From a candidate division WWE3 bacterium CSP1-7 (GTDB lineage Bacteria > Patescibacteriota > WWE3 > 9FT-COMBO-53-11): a DNA stretch of 64,000 nt. The translations under genes were made by a program, and so were the position numbers. How positions within the stretch are numbered: the first letter of the stretch is position 1; every line of letters starts with the position of its first letter. The notes under the pieces are model-generated. The model had not been told where the DNA came from. It worked only from the letters and a program-made list of their open reading frames with translations, and made no database searches. Shown here in pieces: positions 1-8,745 of the stretch. Where the stretch lies: contig LDXK01000001.1 of the NCBI GenBank assembly GCA_001443395.1, positions 47,426 through 111,425 on the forward strand, in the 5' to 3' direction.

Positions 1-23
1 AAAAAATCCGCTCGAGAGCGGAT
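1..23 (-). terminator. Probable rho-independent terminator downstream of tRNA-Glu (hairpin ATCCGCTC-GAG-AGCGGAT followed by a T6 run on the minus strand)
   Basis: Perfect 7-8 bp GC-rich inverted repeat at 7-23, followed on the minus strand by TTTTTT at 1-6. The window edge may cut the U-tract short. Confidence 0.5.
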
Positions 24-115
24 GATAGATTCCCTATGGTGGGCGTGAAGCGATTTTCGTCTTGCTTCATCAGTTGGATAGTACAACAAATTCTCTTAAG
101 TTATCAAAGTGTTGC

Positions 116-190
116 TGGTGGCCCCAAGGGGAGTCGAACCCCTCTTTTAGCGTTGAGAACGCCATGTCCTAACCACTAGACGATGGGGCC
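116..190 (-). tRNA. tRNA-Glu (anticodon CTC), 3' CCA encoded
   Basis: Reverse complement folds as a cloverleaf: acceptor GGCCCCA/TGGGGCC, T-loop GGTTCGACTCC, anticodon loop TTCTCAA with anticodon CTC, and a terminal ACCA. Confidence 0.85.
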
Positions 191-271
191 GGAACAGTCC
201 AATTATAAGCAGAGCTTGTAATTGCTAGCGATTCCGATCGCTTCTCAATTATAACCTACGGGAAAGATAAA

Positions 272-565
272 TCAGGCCTTTTCTTCCTTGAGAAACTCAC
301 CGGCGACGAGCGTGACCAGAGCGAGAAAGGTCGAAACCCCAACAAAGGACAAGAAAACCGTAAAAATCTTTGACAGATCAGAGGAGGGCAGTAGTTCGGC
401 GTGACCGATCGTAATCAGAGTCGTCGAGGAAAAATAAAAGGAATCCACCAGGCTCCAACCCTCCGCCAAATAGTAGAAAAGAGTCGCCGCCAAAAGAAGG
501 AAGACAAAGAAAAGGGAAATGATCAAAAAGTCCGCTTTGAACGTCCGACGGTGCTTAATCAGCAT
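272..565 (-). CDS. Small two-TM membrane protein, possibly a divergent ion-channel pore domain (Ion_trans_2-like)
   Basis: Two hydrophobic helices flank 'SFYFSSTTLITIGHAEL', which resembles a pore helix plus TxGxG-type filter (non-canonical TIGHAE). Co-directional with sufU, 20 nt downstream. Confidence 0.4.
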   Translation of the reverse strand: MLIKHRRTFKADFLIISLFFVFLLLAATLFYYLAEGWSLVDSFYFSSTTLITIGHAELLPSSDLSKIFTVFLSFVGVSTFLALVTLVAGEFLKEEKA

Positions 566-585
566 AAAAGTATGCTAGCAAAATT

Positions 586-951
586 TCAACCTCCCAGTGC
601 GTCTCGAAGCGCCTTTAGAGGCAGGAGAGCGCACTCGGTCCGCGAGGTTGTCAGCGAACCGCCAAACCAAGAGATCACATCTTTCTCACTCACTCTGGCC
701 AACTCTTCCGTAGTCATCCCCTTGATTTTTTCCGTGAGCATGGAGGCGGCCGCCACCGAAACCGTGCAAGCATTCGCTTGGAAGGCAACCTCGGAAACCC
801 GCGCCGGTTTGCCTCCCATCTTGATCTGCAGATCCAGCGTATCGCCGCAGAGAGGATTGGCGGCGTGAAATTCAAAGGTGGGACTAGCCACTTTTCCCTG
901 GTTGCGGGGATGGCGGGCGTGATCCAGGATTTCTTCGCGGTAGATGTCCAT
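586..951 (-). CDS. sufU: Fe-S cluster assembly scaffold SufU/IscU (NifU N-terminal domain)
   Basis: Conserved 'NPLCGD' motif and a cysteine pattern typical of the IscU/SufU scaffold. Lies immediately downstream of sufS. Confidence 0.8.
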   Translation of the reverse strand: MDIYREEILDHARHPRNQGKVASPTFEFHAANPLCGDTLDLQIKMGGKPARVSEVAFQANACTVSVAAASMLTEKIKGMTTEELARVSEKDVISWFGGSLTTSRTECALLPLKALRDALGG

Positions 952-953
952 CG

Positions 954-2192
954 TTAAACTTTCAGGATCTTTTTGGCTTTTCCGATTGCCTCCACCAGCA
1001 CATCAATTTCAGAAGTGGTGTTGTAAAAAGCAAAGCTGGCCCGGGCGCTGGCGTTGATCTTCAGATGGGTGTGGAGGGGCATGGCGCAGTGGTTTCCGGA
1101 ACGCACCGCCACTCCTTCCTGGTCCAGAACGGTCGCTAGGTCGTGGGGGTGGATCCCGGCCACGTTGAAAGCGATCACTCCTCCCCGATCCTCGGAATTT
1201 TGAGGACCGTAGATCGTCAGACCAGGAACCGCCGCCAGCTTTTCGAAAGCGTACTCCAAAAATTCCTCTTCGTAGTGCCGAATGTTCTCCATTCCCACGG
1301 ATGATAGATAATCGACCGCCGCTCCCAACCCGATCACCGGCGCAATGCTGGGAGTACCGGCCTCAAACGTGTAGGGAGCGTCTTTGAAGGAGGACTCGCG
1401 GAGGGAGACCTCCTTAATCATCTCCCCTCCTCCCAGGAACGGAGGCATCCGCTCCAGAATTTCCGCCCTCCCCCACAGCCCGCCCGTACCGGTCGGCCCC
1501 ATCATTTTGTGGCTCGAAAAGGCGTAGAAATCGCAGCCCAAACTTGCCACGTCCACCGGCAGATGAGCCACCGCCTGCGCTCCATCAACTAAGACGGTCG
1601 CCCCCGCTTCATGAGCAACTTTGGCGAGATTCTTAACCGGGTTGACGGTGCCCAAAACATTGGAAACGTGCACGAAAGAAACCAGCTTGGGCCGCAGCCG
1701 GCGGATCGCTCCCTCGGGGTCTTCCAGGTACCCCGCGGCGGTGACTGGAACAAACTCCAGATTGAGCTTCTTGCGCTGGGCCAGAAACTGCCAGGGGACC
1801 AGATTGCTGTGGTGCTCCATCAGCGTGAGAAGGATCGTGTCTCCCTCCTTGAGAAACTTCTCTCCCCAGGAGTAAGCCACCAAATTGATCGCCTCGGTTG
1901 TTCCGCGGGTGAAGATGATCTCGGCCGGATTTCGGGCCCCAATGAACTTGGCCAACTTGCCCCGAGAACCTTCGTAAGCCGCCGTTGCTTCTTCCGCCAA
2001 CAGATGAATTCCTCGATGGACATTCGCGTTGTACCTCTCGTAGTAATCACTAATAGCGTTAATCACCGATCGGGGTTTTTGGGTGGTGGCGGCGTTATCG
2101 AAGTAGACCAGAGGCTTGCCGTGCACCTTTCGGTGCAGGATCGGAAAATCGGCGCGGATTTTCTTGAGGTCGAGCGAATTAGATTTCGACAA
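954..2192 (-). CDS. sufS: Cysteine desulfurase SufS (class V aminotransferase)
   Basis: PLP-lysine region 'SSHKMMGPTGTGGLWGR' and the catalytic-cysteine loop 'RSGNHCAMPL'. Confidence 0.9.
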   Translation of the reverse strand: MSKSNSLDLKKIRADFPILHRKVHGKPLVYFDNAATTQKPRSVINAISDYYERYNANVHRGIHLLAEEATAAYEGSRGKLAKFIGARNPAEIIFTRGTTEAINLVAYSWGEKFLKEGDTILLTLMEHHSNLVPWQFLAQRKKLNLEFVPVTAAGYLEDPEGAIRRLRPKLVSFVHVSNVLGTVNPVKNLAKVAHEAGATVLVDGAQAVAHLPVDVASLGCDFYAFSSHKMMGPTGTGGLWGRAEILERMPPFLGGGEMIKEVSLRESSFKDAPYTFEAGTPSIAPVIGLGAAVDYLSSVGMENIRHYEEEFLEYAFEKLAAVPGLTIYGPQNSEDRGGVIAFNVAGIHPHDLATVLDQEGVAVRSGNHCAMPLHTHLKINASARASFAFYNTTSEIDVLVEAIGKAKKILKV

Positions 2193-2484
2193 GGATGTCT
2201 TCTCCTTCCACCTTCACCGGATAGGTCGTAATCGGAACTGTCGCCGGCAGAAAACGAACCGCCCCGCTCTTAACGTCGAAGCGGGAACCATGGCAGGGAC
2301 ACTCCACCTCTTGCCCAACCAAAGAACCTTCTCCTAAGGAACATTGGGCATGGGTACAGGTGTCATCAATCGCAAAAATTTCCGAGCCGATGTGCACCAG
2401 CGCCAATTTTTTACCGCCGGCGGAGAGAGTATGGATCTCTCCCTCGGGAATATCGGCGATTTTGGCAATTTTAATCCAAGGCAT
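2179..2484 (-). CDS. Rieske [2Fe-2S] domain protein embedded in the suf operon
   Basis: Rieske boxes 'CTHAQCSL' and 'CPCHGSRFD'. Confidence 0.85.
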   Translation of the reverse strand: MPWIKIAKIADIPEGEIHTLSAGGKKLALVHIGSEIFAIDDTCTHAQCSLGEGSLVGQEVECPCHGSRFDVKSGAVRFLPATVPITTYPVKVEGEDILVEI

Positions 2485-3001
2485 AGCTGATAACTTTCTC
2501 TAGCTTCGATCCTAGCTTTTTGTCTTCCTCATCTGCAACGGCTTTCCCGAGAAATCCGGCTATCAAAAGCCGTTCGGCCTCCGCTTGGTCCAATCCCCGG
2601 CTTTTCAAGTAGAAGAGCTGTTCCTCGTCCACCCCCGAGGAGGTAGCCGCGTGAGAAGCCCGCACCTCGTCGGCTTCTATCTCGAGGTAAGGGAGAGCCT
2701 CGATCCGCGCCTCCTTCCCCAGAAGAAGCGTGCGTTCCTCCAGAAAATCGTCCGACCCCTGCGCCTTCTTTTTGATTTTGATTAGTCCGCTGACCCGGGC
2801 GGTGGCGCGGTCCCGAAGCACTCCCCTCACCGTGACCCGGCCTCTAGTTTTGGGAGCGGTGTGGATCGCGGAAACGTCCAGATCGATCCGGTCATCGCCT
2901 TTGCCGGCGAAAACGATGACCAATTCTTCTTCTTTCCCAACCCGGTTGAGACGCAGGACAATTTTTCGGCTTGTGTTACCAAAAATAGGAACAAGAATCA
3001 T
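2471..3001 (-). CDS. sufD: SufD-like Fe-S assembly protein, short form (C-terminal beta-helix portion only)
   Basis: C-terminal 'EEQLFYLKSRGL' SufB/SufD signature. The ATG at 3001 overlaps the sufB stop (ATGA). The upstream part of the longer ORF lies out of frame inside sufB and is low-complexity. Confidence 0.65.
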   Translation of the reverse strand: MILVPIFGNTSRKIVLRLNRVGKEEELVIVFAGKGDDRIDLDVSAIHTAPKTRGRVTVRGVLRDRATARVSGLIKIKKKAQGSDDFLEERTLLLGKEARIEALPYLEIEADEVRASHAATSSGVDEEQLFYLKSRGLDQAEAERLLIAGFLGKAVADEEDKKLGSKLEKVISYALD

Positions 3002-4392
3002 CCCACACTTCCTTCCATCTCCAACTCTATTAGTCGATTCAATTCCACCGCGTATTCCAGAGGCAGGACCTTGATGATTGGTTCGATGAAGCCGTTCACC
3101 ACCATCCCCACCGCTTCTTCGGCAGAGAGCCCCCGGCTCTGCAGATAGAAGAGCTGTTCCTCGCCCACCTTCGTCACCGTGGCTTCGTGCGCCACCGAAG
3201 ACTGCTTCTCGTTGATCTTCATCGTCGGGTAGGTATCGGAACGGGACTGGGGATCTAAAATTAAGGCATCGCACCGGACATTGGCGCGGGAACCAACCGC
3301 ACCGGGATTAATCTCCAGCAATCCCCGGTAACTGGTACGTCCCCCACCCCGGCTGATGGACTTAGAGGTGATGACGGAGGAGGTGTAAGGCGCGGCGTGG
3401 ATGGCCTTCGCGCCGGCGTCCTGGTGCTGACCGGAATCGGCATAGGCCAGGGACAGGACCTCTCCCCGCGCTCCCTTTCCCATCAGGTAGACCGAGGGAT
3501 ACTTCATCGTGACCTTGCTCCCCAGGTTACCGTCGATCCACTCCATCACTCCGTCCTCCCCCACCCAGGCCCGTTTGGTGACGAGGTTGTAGACGTTGCG
3601 GCTCCAGTTCTGGATGGTGGTGTAGCGGACCCTCGCTCCCCTCTTGACGATGATCTCCACCACCGCTGAGTGCAGGGAATCGGTCGAATAGACCGGAGCG
3701 GTGCACCCCTCGACGTAGTGGACGAAACTGCCTTCCTCCGCGATGATCAGCGTTCTCTCAAACTGTCCCATGCTGCGGGCGTTGATGCGGAAGTAGGCCT
3801 GGAGAGGGAGGGGAACTGAGACTCCCCGAGGCACGTAGACGAACGATCCCCCGCTCCAAACGGCGGAGTTAAGCGCTGCGAACTTGTTGTCCAGCGGAGG
3901 GATGAGTGTGCCAAAATACTCTCGGACCAGGTCGGGATGCTTCGAGAGCGCTTCGTCCATTCCCAGGAAAATGACCCCTAGCTTCTCCAAATCCTCCCGC
4001 AGGGTACCGTAGATAACCTCGCTGTCATACTGCGCTTTCAATCCCGCCAGGTACTTCCGCTCCGCCTGCGGGACACCGATCCGCTCATAGGTTTTGCGGA
4101 TCGAATCCGGAACCTGCTTCCAACTCTTTGCTTGTTTACCGGTGGGACGAAGATAATAGTAGAGGTCGTCGAATTTTATCCGAGAGAGGTTCGCACCCCA
4201 GCCGGGGAGGGATTTCTTCTCGAAAATGCCGAGAGAGCGGAGCCGAAAATCTCGCATCCAGGCTGGTTCTCCCTTAATCGCCGACATCTCCTCCACCACT
4301 CGGGAGGAGAGTCCCTTCTGGGCCTTAAAAGAGTGCTCCTCAGGATAGGAGAAACCGAAGCGATAGGGTCGGGTGGGTAAACTCTTGGTCAT
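2998..4392 (-). CDS. sufB: Fe-S cluster assembly protein SufB
   Basis: 464 aa with the 'EEQLFYLQSRGL' C-terminal signature and SufB-like central region. Lies between sufC and sufD. Confidence 0.9.
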   Translation of the reverse strand: MTKSLPTRPYRFGFSYPEEHSFKAQKGLSSRVVEEMSAIKGEPAWMRDFRLRSLGIFEKKSLPGWGANLSRIKFDDLYYYLRPTGKQAKSWKQVPDSIRKTYERIGVPQAERKYLAGLKAQYDSEVIYGTLREDLEKLGVIFLGMDEALSKHPDLVREYFGTLIPPLDNKFAALNSAVWSGGSFVYVPRGVSVPLPLQAYFRINARSMGQFERTLIIAEEGSFVHYVEGCTAPVYSTDSLHSAVVEIIVKRGARVRYTTIQNWSRNVYNLVTKRAWVGEDGVMEWIDGNLGSKVTMKYPSVYLMGKGARGEVLSLAYADSGQHQDAGAKAIHAAPYTSSVITSKSISRGGGRTSYRGLLEINPGAVGSRANVRCDALILDPQSRSDTYPTMKINEKQSSVAHEATVTKVGEEQLFYLQSRGLSAEEAVGMVVNGFIEPIIKVLPLEYAVELNRLIELEMEGSVG

Positions 4393-5099
4393 TTGAAAGA
4401 TTTGTAACCGTCTTTTTCCAACTTCTCCGCCAGTTCTTCTCCGCCGGTGGCGGCGATCCGGCCATCAATCAAAACGTGGACATAATTGGGGTTAAGGTAC
4501 CTGAGAATTCGCTGATAGTGCGTGATAATTAGAACCCCCGTCCCCGCCTCCGCCAAAAACCGAATGCTCGCCGCGATCATTTTCAGCGCGTCCACGTCCA
4601 AGCCGGAATCGATTTCGTCAAAGATAGCGAATTTCGGCCGCAGCGCCAACGCCTGCAGGACCTCACTGCGCTTCTTCTCGCCTCCGGAGAGATCGAGATT
4701 GACGGTTCGCCTCAGAAAACTCTCTTCTAATCCCACTCGAGGCATCGCCTCGTTCAAGCCCGCCAGAACATCCATCGCCGCCGTTCCCTTCTTCGCCGTT
4801 TTGATGAGGTTGAAGAGGGAAACTCCCTCAATTCCCACGGGGTATTGAAAGGCCAGAAAGAGACCGGCCCGGAAGCGTTTTTCGGGAGAAAGAGAGGAGA
4901 GATTCCGTTGACCCAAGAGGATCCGTCCCGATACCGAATAACCGGGATGCCCGGCCAGCGCCAGCGCCAGGGTTGATTTGCCGGAACCGTTTGGACCCAT
5001 CAGAGCGTGGATCTCGCCGGGGCGGATTACCAGATCCACTCCCTGCAGAACCCTTTTGCTGCCCACGGAAACTTTTAGGTTACGGACTTCTAATTTCAT
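4389..5099 (-). CDS. sufC: Fe-S assembly ATPase SufC (ABC-type ATPase)
   Basis: Walker A 'GPNGSGKSTL', ABC signature 'LSGGEKKR' and Walker B 'AIFDEIDSGLD'. Confidence 0.9.
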   Translation of the reverse strand: MKLEVRNLKVSVGSKRVLQGVDLVIRPGEIHALMGPNGSGKSTLALALAGHPGYSVSGRILLGQRNLSSLSPEKRFRAGLFLAFQYPVGIEGVSLFNLIKTAKKGTAAMDVLAGLNEAMPRVGLEESFLRRTVNLDLSGGEKKRSEVLQALALRPKFAIFDEIDSGLDVDALKMIAASIRFLAEAGTGVLIITHYQRILRYLNPNYVHVLIDGRIAATGGEELAEKLEKDGYKSFK

Positions 5100-5389
5100 A
5101 TAAAACCGAGCTGGGCCCGAGCCTCCCTCGACATCATCTGCATATTCCAGGGCGGAACCCAGACCACCGAGACCAAAGCCTTAGCCACGCCGGGAACGCC
5201 CCGCGCCGCTTTTTCAATGTCCTTAATCATTTTCGGAAGGTAGGGGCAGAAGGGGGTGGTCGGCGACATGGTAATCCGGGCCTCTCCTCCATTAACGGTT
5301 ACTCTATAGATCAGGCCCAGGTCCACGACATTTATCCCCAGCTCGGCATCATCCACTTTTTTTAAGGCCTGCAAGATCTTATTTTTCAT
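5096..5389 (-). CDS. sufT: SufT-like DUF59 (MIP18 family) Fe-S assembly factor
   Basis: 97 aa with a conserved 'TMSPTTPFCPY' DUF59 cysteine motif. Translationally coupled to sufC. Confidence 0.7.
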   Translation of the reverse strand: MKNKILQALKKVDDAELGINVVDLGLIYRVTVNGGEARITMSPTTPFCPYLPKMIKDIEKAARGVPGVAKALVSVVWVPPWNMQMMSREARAQLGFI

Positions 5390-5393
5390 GGAA

Positions 5394-5816
5394 CTATACC
5401 GGAATCAGCTTGTGCGGATTACCGGAAATCAGATCGGCCAGGGTCACTCGCTGGAGCGTCTTGTGCAGGTGGCGCTGAAGAACCTCCCAAAACCCCCGGG
5501 TAGCGCAATCGGAAAGAGAGCACTGGGAATCCTGGCAGGGAACGGTCTGCAGAGGCCCCTCCAGAACTTCCAAAATCTCCACCAAACTTATCATTTCCGG
5601 GCGCCGCGTCAGCAGGTAGCCGCCGTGACGACCGCGCTGGGCGGTCAACAGCTGTGATTTTTTCAAGTCAAAGGCGATCTGTTCCAAGAAGGTTAGCGGG
5701 AGACGGCAGGAAGCAGCAATTTCCGAAAGAGAATGGGGTTTTTTGTCCAGATCTTTGGCGAGAGATGCCATTAAGAGAATCCCATAGTCTCCGCGAGAAG
5801 TGAGCAATCTTGGCAT
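5394..5816 (-). CDS. Rrf2-family transcriptional regulator (IscR/SufR-like), first gene of the suf operon
   Basis: N-terminal wHTH 'RGDYGILLMASLAKD...SLSEIA', three clustered Cys and an 'RGRHGGY' motif. The start is assigned to the MPRLL ATG at 5816, because the promoter and operator lie upstream of it. Confidence 0.75.
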   Translation of the reverse strand: MPRLLTSRGDYGILLMASLAKDLDKKPHSLSEIAASCRLPLTFLEQIAFDLKKSQLLTAQRGRHGGYLLTRRPEMISLVEILEVLEGPLQTVPCQDSQCSLSDCATRGFWEVLQRHLHKTLQRVTLADLISGNPHKLIPV

Positions 5817-5826
5817 TTCAAATAAA

Positions 5827-5856
5827 TTATTACTAAAACAGTAATGATTAGTCAAT
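5827..5856 (-). promoter_or_regulatory. suf operon promoter (-35 TTGACT, 17 nt spacer, -10 TAATAA) with a 17-bp palindromic operator ATTACTgttttAGTAAT in the spacer (likely Rrf2 autoregulation site)
   Basis: Both hexamers with a 17-nt spacer are readable on the minus strand, just upstream of the Rrf2 ATG. A perfect inverted repeat at 5829-5845 overlaps the spacer and the -10. Confidence 0.55.
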
Positions 5857-5973
5857 TAACCAATAACTAGAGGAGGTAGTTGACTGGTGGAATTTCCGAT
5901 AATTGGTGCTGTCTTCGCTCCGCTCGGTTGCAATTTTTCTTTGCAAAAGTAGTGATAAAATTAGTGCGTCCAT

Positions 5974-6047
5974 TGCGGGATGGTGCAACGGTAGCACGGT
6001 GGACTCTGAATCCATTAATCTTGGTTCGAATCCAAGTCCCGCAGCCA
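5974..6047 (+). tRNA. tRNA-Gln (anticodon CTG), CCA encoded
   Basis: Acceptor TGCGGGA/TCCCGCA, D-stem GTGC/GCAC, anticodon stem GTGGA/TCCAT with loop CTCTGAA, and T-arm CTTGG-TTCGAAT-CCAAG. Ends GCCA. Confidence 0.85.
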
Positions 6048-6080
6048 TTCGACTCTGGTTCGACAAGCTCACCATCACTC

Positions 6081-6341
6081 ATGGCCTATTTTGTCTACAT
6101 TCTTCGCACTTCCTCAAATACCCTCTATACGGGTCAAACTGACAATCTGGAACGCAGACTCAAAGACCATAGGGAGAAATCTTCTAGATCTGCAAAGTAT
6201 ATACGGTATTTCCCTTCTTTTGATCTGGTCTACACAGAAACATTTCCTTCAAGAATTGAAGCGATGCGAAGAGAACTTCAACTCAAACGATGGTCAAAAG
6301 CTGAAAAGGAAGCCCTGATCTATAATCGGAGGAGTATTTGA
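6081..6341 (+). CDS. Small GIY-YIG nuclease-domain protein (UPF0213-like)
   Basis: 'YFVYILRTSSNTLYTGQTDNLERRLKDH' matches a GIY-YIG motif. Low-GC coding sequence. The ORF upstream of the ATG at 6081 overlaps the tRNA. Confidence 0.7.
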   Translation: MAYFVYILRTSSNTLYTGQTDNLERRLKDHREKSSRSAKYIRYFPSFDLVYTETFPSRIEAMRRELQLKRWSKAEKEALIYNRRSI

Positions 6342-6342
6342 T

Positions 6343-7305
6343 ATGTTAATTGATGAGGTAACGATTAAAGTAAATGCCGGTAATGGTGGAAGGGGGGCAG
6401 TTGCGTTCAATAAGACTTTAATGAGCCTAGGGCCGACAGGCGGAAGCGGCGGCAGGGGCGGCAGCGTTTATTTTGAAGGTGTTTCTGACTTAAACTCACT
6501 AAGTAGATTTAGATATAAGAAAAATATAAATGCTGATAATGGCGCGGTTGGAGGGGGACAATTTCGTGACGGTCCAGACGGAGAGGATCTGACGATAAAA
6601 ATTCCTGTCGGAACTGTAATCTCTAAAATAGAGACAAACGAAACTGAAGAAATATTAAAAGTTGGCGATAAGATATTAATTACAAAAGGCGGTATTGGTG
6701 GAAAAGGGAATTTTCTCTTCCGGTCTTCTACAAATACTTCTCCAAAGCAGTTTCAGGAAGGCCTGCCCGGCGAACACACCACCGTAAAACTGGAACTTAA
6801 ACTTATCGCCGATGTAGGTTTTATCGGTTTACCGAACGCCGGGAAATCCAGTTTGTTGAATGAACTCACCAAAGCACAAAGTAAGGTCGCGAATTACCCT
6901 TTCACAACCTTAGAACCAAATTTAGGAGCATATTATGAAATTATACTTGCGGATATTCCGGGACTTATCGAAGGCGCGTCTTCCGGCAAAGGATTGGGAA
7001 TAAAATTTCTTCGCCACATTGAGCGCACAAAGATACTTTTCCATTTAATTTCCGCGGAATCGGAAAGTCCAGTCAAAGATTACAAAACAATCAAGAATGA
7101 GCTCGAAACTTACAGTAAGGAACTCATAAAGAAAACCGAGTACGTATTTCTAAGTAAGAGCGATATGGTAGAACCGGAAGATCTGAAGAAGAAAATTACT
7201 AAGATAAAGAAAATTAATAAAAATGTTTTCCCAGTTTCGATTCATGACTGGGAAAGCTTAAATAAAGTAAAAAAGATTTTAAACGAGATTAAGGCGAAAA
7301 AATAA
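6343..7305 (+). CDS. obg: Obg/CgtA-family GTPase
   Basis: N-terminal glycine-rich Obg fold (GGRGG repeats), then a G domain with 'GLPNAGKSSL', 'DIPGLIEGAS' and 'LSKSD'. Clearly lower GC than its surroundings. Confidence 0.85.
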   Translation: MLIDEVTIKVNAGNGGRGAVAFNKTLMSLGPTGGSGGRGGSVYFEGVSDLNSLSRFRYKKNINADNGAVGGGQFRDGPDGEDLTIKIPVGTVISKIETNETEEILKVGDKILITKGGIGGKGNFLFRSSTNTSPKQFQEGLPGEHTTVKLELKLIADVGFIGLPNAGKSSLLNELTKAQSKVANYPFTTLEPNLGAYYEIILADIPGLIEGASSGKGLGIKFLRHIERTKILFHLISAESESPVKDYKTIKNELETYSKELIKKTEYVFLSKSDMVEPEDLKKKITKIKKINKNVFPVSIHDWESLNKVKKILNEIKAKK

Positions 7306-7460
7306 GAAGGTCCTAGACCGACACGCACAGTCCACTCGACATACTACAGGATATGTGGTACAGTTTAATCTCCTCTTGTGATAGATGAATACCGAGCTCT
7401 TCTAACGTATCTCGATGGTTCATCCGCACTGAGATATTAGAAAAAGCTATTAAGGTATTC

Positions 7461-8669
7461 ATGCGTCATTACTCCCGTAGACCGAGAAAACAAAATATCG
7501 GCGGCCCGAAGGCGTTTTATAACGGCCGACCCATTCGCTTCCCAAGGGATCAAGGCGCTTATATCAATCCCGAAAGATTCATTAATAAAGCCCTAGTTCA
7601 GGCGGACCAAGCTGATTTCGTGCCGCAACACCAATTTAAGGACTTCCCTTTGGAAGAGAGATTGCAACTCAATATCAAAGCCCGAGGTTACACGGATCCG
7701 ACTCCGATTCAAGATGCGGCTATTCAACCGATCTTAGAGGGCAAGGACCTGATTGGGTTGGCTAACACCGGCAGCGGCAAGACCGCCGCCTTTCTATTAC
7801 CAATACTGCACCATTTAAGACAGTTCCCTTATCAAGAAGCGGCGGTTTTGGTTTTGGTCCCAACCAGAGAACTGGCAGCTCAGATCGACGAAGAATTTAA
7901 AGTTTTCGCCTGGGGTCTTAAACTCTATTCTGCGCTATGTGTTGGGGGAGCAAGTATAAATCGGCAGATCGCAGCTCTTAATCGCCGCCCCCAAGTCATC
8001 ATCGGTACTCCAGGACGTCTTACGGACCTGTTCGACCGAGGAGTGCTGCGGTTGGACGGGATTCGGATTCTAGTTTTGGACGAGGTCGACCGAATGCTCG
8101 ATATGGGATTTATTAGAGAAATTAGATTCTTGATAGCTCAACTACCAAGGGAGCGCCAGTCGCTCTGTTTTAGCGCCACAATGCCAACAGAGATCGAACA
8201 GTTAATGAGGGAAATGATGGTTAATCCCGTTACGGTATCAGTCAAAACGGGATTGACCAGCGAATTTATCGAGCAAGACGTCATCCAAGCTTCATCTAAA
8301 GAGCAGAAGATCGAAATCCTAAATGGGCTTCTGCACCAGCCCGATTTTGAAAAAGTCCTCGTTTTCGGAAGAACAAAATGGGGAGTCCAGGAGCTAGCCG
8401 ATAGCTTATCGGCGCTGGGCCACTCGACCGAATCAATTCACGGCAATAAGTCGCAACCACAGCGTCAGCGCGCCCTAAGATCCTTTAAAGAAAACCGCGT
8501 CAAAGTGCTTATCGCGACCGATGTCGCCGCCCGCGGGCTGGATATCCCCGACGTCAGCCACGTCATTAACTTTGATCAGCCCAATACTTACAACGATTAT
8601 ATCCACCGGATTGGTCGAACTGCCCGAGCCGGTAAGCAGGGTAAAGCCCTGACTTTTGTTTCTAGCTAA
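7461..8669 (+). CDS. DEAD-box ATP-dependent RNA helicase
   Basis: Q-motif, 'GSGKTAAF' (motif I), 'LVLDEVDRML' (motif II, DEVD variant), 'SAT' and 'HRIGRTARAG' (motif VI). Confidence 0.85.
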   Translation: MRHYSRRPRKQNIGGPKAFYNGRPIRFPRDQGAYINPERFINKALVQADQADFVPQHQFKDFPLEERLQLNIKARGYTDPTPIQDAAIQPILEGKDLIGLANTGSGKTAAFLLPILHHLRQFPYQEAAVLVLVPTRELAAQIDEEFKVFAWGLKLYSALCVGGASINRQIAALNRRPQVIIGTPGRLTDLFDRGVLRLDGIRILVLDEVDRMLDMGFIREIRFLIAQLPRERQSLCFSATMPTEIEQLMREMMVNPVTVSVKTGLTSEFIEQDVIQASSKEQKIEILNGLLHQPDFEKVLVFGRTKWGVQELADSLSALGHSTESIHGNKSQPQRQRALRSFKENRVKVLIATDVAARGLDIPDVSHVINFDQPNTYNDYIHRIGRTARAGKQGKALTFVSS

Positions 8670-8745
8670 TGCATAGAGATATAATTGGTCCCGACCAACA
8701 CGCTGAGTCATTCGACTCTGGTTCGGTGGTATAATTATTATAGGT

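Noticed and set aside
401-868. 155-aa + strand ORF antisense to sufU and the channel-like gene
   Set aside because: It is antisense to two well-supported genes, low complexity (Arg/Ser-rich), and typical of spurious ORFs in GC-rich DNA. The same applies to the many short antisense ORFs inside rpoB, rpoC, fusA, recJ and gltX.
2471-3274. Long 267-aa version of the sufD ORF
   Set aside because: The 5' 270 nt lie inside sufB in another frame and translate to Gly/Arg-rich low-complexity sequence. An ATG at 3001 overlaps the sufB stop (ATGA), as is typical for coupled suf genes.
5880-6341. 153-aa ORF spanning tRNA-Gln
   Set aside because: Its first 67 codons overlap the tRNA-Gln gene and have no homology. 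The GIY-YIG domain starts at the internal ATG at 6081.
6046-8723. Calling the tRNA-Gln-adjacent block a bona fide integrative element
   Set aside because: No integrase or recombinase is present. The repeat overlaps only 2 nt of the tRNA. The expected count of a chance 17-mer pair in 64 kb on both strands is ~0.2, so not negligible. The block contains core genes (obg, DEAD helicase). I kept it as a low-confidence finding only.
8724-8745. TATAAT box at 8730-8735 as the dsbA promoter
   Set aside because: No acceptable -35 at 16-18 nt, and the ATG is only 11 nt downstream. It may be a leaderless promoter, but the evidence is too thin to annotate.
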